DNA of 64,000 nucleotides from the human T2T-CHM13v2.0 reference genome, Homo sapiens. The stretch is from the NCBI RefSeq assembly GCF_009914755.1, contig NC_060935.1; one strand, written 5' to 3'. Numbering within the stretch: the first letter of the stretch is position 1; the number at the start of each line of letters is the position of its first letter. A model generated the notes under the pieces. The model was given only the letters and a program-made list of their open reading frames with translations, was not told the DNA's origin and searched no databases. Position numbers and translations under genes: made by a program. Shown here piece by piece: positions 61,561-64,000 of the stretch.

Positions 61561-64000
61561 GGCCATGGGAGGGAGTGGCAGGGGGATTCCCTGCTCCTCT
61601 GCACTGCCTCAGTTTCCCCTTTCATACAGAGGATGCTGGTTTGTGGGATTCAGCCTCTTTCTGGGTACCATTCTTAGCACCAGGCCAGGCCGGTGACTCT
61701 TGGGTCTGCTATTGTCCTTCCAGGGCTTTTGGCAGGCAGGGCACAGCAGGTGAGGGACAGATGCCATGCTGCCTGCAGCCGACAGCCGTATCAGCACCCG
61801 GGGAGCTCCTGGGAGGGACGCGCTGTCGGTCCTCTGGGCCTCAGGCCTCCTGTCCACAGAATGGGAGCACAGTTTGTCCTCCCTGTGGGCCAGGGTTGGC
61901 AGGAGGCTGTATTCAGACAGGAGGAGGAAGGGAGCTTGGAGTCTGCTCCACCCCCGGCAATAAGCAGCCCCGGCAGTTGGGACCCCCGCCCACTTTGCTC
62001 CCATCTTTTGGGCTGTGCAGGCAAAAATGCCTGGGTGTCTTTGCCCATTTGGCTTCCCTGGAGGAGCTGCAGCAGGTGGGCCCATGGGAGAGGCTGAGGG
62101 AGCTAGGCCTCAGCCTGTCTCCAGGGTCCCTGCTGCAGCCCCTACACGTTTTGCTTCCTGCTCCTCCCGCTACCCCGCCACTCCCCGCCCAGGCTCTGCT
62201 TCAGTGCCAGAATGAACAGGCCCCCTCTCCTAGTGGAAATTTACACCCACAGCCCAACCAGGCTGCCTGAGGGGAGGAGGGTGGGGAGGAAGGGGGAGCA
62301 GCTGCGGGAACAGGAGGCTGTACTAGAGAGAAGACAGACGGACGGAGAGACGGAGCCTGGGTCTCCATCTGTAGGCAACAGCCGGGGGCCTGGCCCAAAC
62401 CTCATGCCCCAAAGGCTGCGGCCAGGGTGGCCAGCCCTGAGTCCGGATGGCAGCAGCCAGGGCTGGTTGTGATGGAGAAACATGGCCGACAGGTCACAGG
62501 GGACAGGCACCACCCGGGGCTGTGCCCACCAGCAGCACTCATAGGGGACAGCAGAGAACCCGGCAGGGGTGTGAGGCCCATCCTGGGGACCCCTTGGTGT
62601 GGGATGGGGTAGTGCGAACCCTGGGCTGAAGGAAGGGTTCTGGCTGGTGCAAGGCCTGTCCCACCCCCTGGGATGACCTCCACTCTGCCTTCTAAACTCA
62701 TCTACACTCCCTAGACCCAAGGTACCAGGGTCGGAGCTGGTCTGCACCCATCGGGCTGACACTGCCACAGGACAGCCCCTCCTTTGCTCCCAGCTTCCCC
62801 ACCCAGCCCGGGTACAGCCTTGGCCCTTCCTTTCAGCTTCTGCGCCCGTGTCACCCCCCTAAGCAAGCCTGCCCTGGGCTCCCAGGCTCCAGGCCTCCCT
62901 GCAGGCCAGCCTGCGTCGCACCAGCTCTCACGAAACAGGGCTTCCTGTGTGTTCATCGGCTCCCTAAGTGCTTGCTGGACCCGGGTGCCCCTGTGCCACT
63001 TTAGGCCACAGCCAGCCCCGTGTTTATAAGGCTGGGAGAAAGGGCAGCCTCTGGGACCAGCTTGGCTGGGGGCTGAACGTAGGGGACGGGACAGCCCATT
63101 GGTGGTTCCTCCCTGCAGACTGAGAGCAGGTGGGGTCCCTCTGCTCAGGCCGCAGGGACCCCTCATCCACCCTGTATGTGCACAGCTCTTGCTCGGTGAA
63201 CAGTTTCACCTACCAAGGCAGATTTAAAACCTCATGGGGAGTGACCCACATGGTGCCAGCTCATGCCAGTTCTGAGGACAGAGAGAGGCCAGACCCAGTC
63301 CCTCCCCTCAGGAAGCCCCAGCCAGCCAGGAAGGCTGGCGTGGAGGCAAGCCCAGCTCTCCAGGCCAAACAGCTGCCACGCCCATTTTACAGATGAGAGA
63401 GGGGCTGGCATCCTGAGGCCATCTGGCTGGTCACTGCCCGAGCAGGACCTACACCCAAGGGCCTGGACCCCTTGAAGATCAAGGTCAGGAGAGGGGGCTA
63501 CAGGGTCCCCAGGGTGTCTGCTCCCCCACTCTATCTGTACCCAGACCTGAGGGAGACCTTCCCACAAAGGGGTGCCTGACATGGCCCAGGAGGAGGAAGG
63601 GGACAGCCACTTGTTGAGCGCTTACTCTGTACTTGGTGCTGGGCATGTTCGCGGGTCCAGCAGGCAGCAGCACCCCTTTCCACTTTACAGTTGTGGAAAC
63701 CGAGGCACGAATTCGTGAGGTCACAGGATTTGAACTCATGTGGGTGCAACCCCAAAGCCAGTTTTCTTTCCACTGTGCCACCCCTGGGCTCCCAAGACAA
63801 CGCTGCCACTGCCACCCCACCTTGTGCTCAGCCTCCTGGGACAGCTGGCCTGCCACCATCTGTGAGCCACTGAGTAATGCGCAATGTAATCTGCGACACT
63901 GGGCTGCGCTAGGAACAATTGCGAACCCATTACAGGCCTATTTTCCTAATCCATGACACCTTACTGCAGCCCCCAGCGACTGTGTTTCTGGGATAGACGG

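Noticed and set aside
61383-62270. 295-aa + strand ORF
   Set aside because: Non-ATG start, runs through a (TGGA)n repeat and a MIR-like fragment, and shows no domain or codon signature.

Overview
This is GC-rich, Alu/MIR/L2-dense primate genomic DNA, recognisable from its coding exons as the human 11q13.1 OTUB1-MACROD1-FLRT1 locus. The + strand carries the last four coding exons of the deubiquitinase OTUB1 (2233-3249; catalytic D88/C91/H265; AATAAA at 4093). About 180 bp further on, tail-to-tail, the - strand carries exons 11 to 4 of the macrodomain ADP-ribosylhydrolase MACROD1. Exons 5-11 sit in a 3' CpG island (about 4260-6046), and a 30-nt active-site microexon lies at 21047-21076. From 21077 onward the window is MACROD1 intron. 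It contains a large CpG island with a + strand splice donor (41998), most consistent with the non-coding first exon of the nested antisense gene FLRT1, whose CDS is outside the window. Nearly all ORFs in the supplied track are GC/repeat artefacts. I found no demonstrably new biological system. The best leads are: (1) a 1.66-kb stop-free frame through unspliced OTUB1 that extends the known ARF-1 isoform logic; (2) two more promoter-plus-donor modules antisense to MACROD1 (about 13.7 kb, and about 34.4 kb with an RFX X-box); (3) a 1.46-kb strand-asymmetric GGTT/GGGGT VNTR; (4) a speculative C/D-box snoRNA-like element at about 12.3 kb; (5) a symmetric FOX-CGCG-FOX cassette; and (6) a series of homeodomain-motif-dense AT islands that look like developmental enhancers. 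Exon numbering, gene names and repeat-family calls are from recall, not from a database search, and repeat boundaries are approximate.
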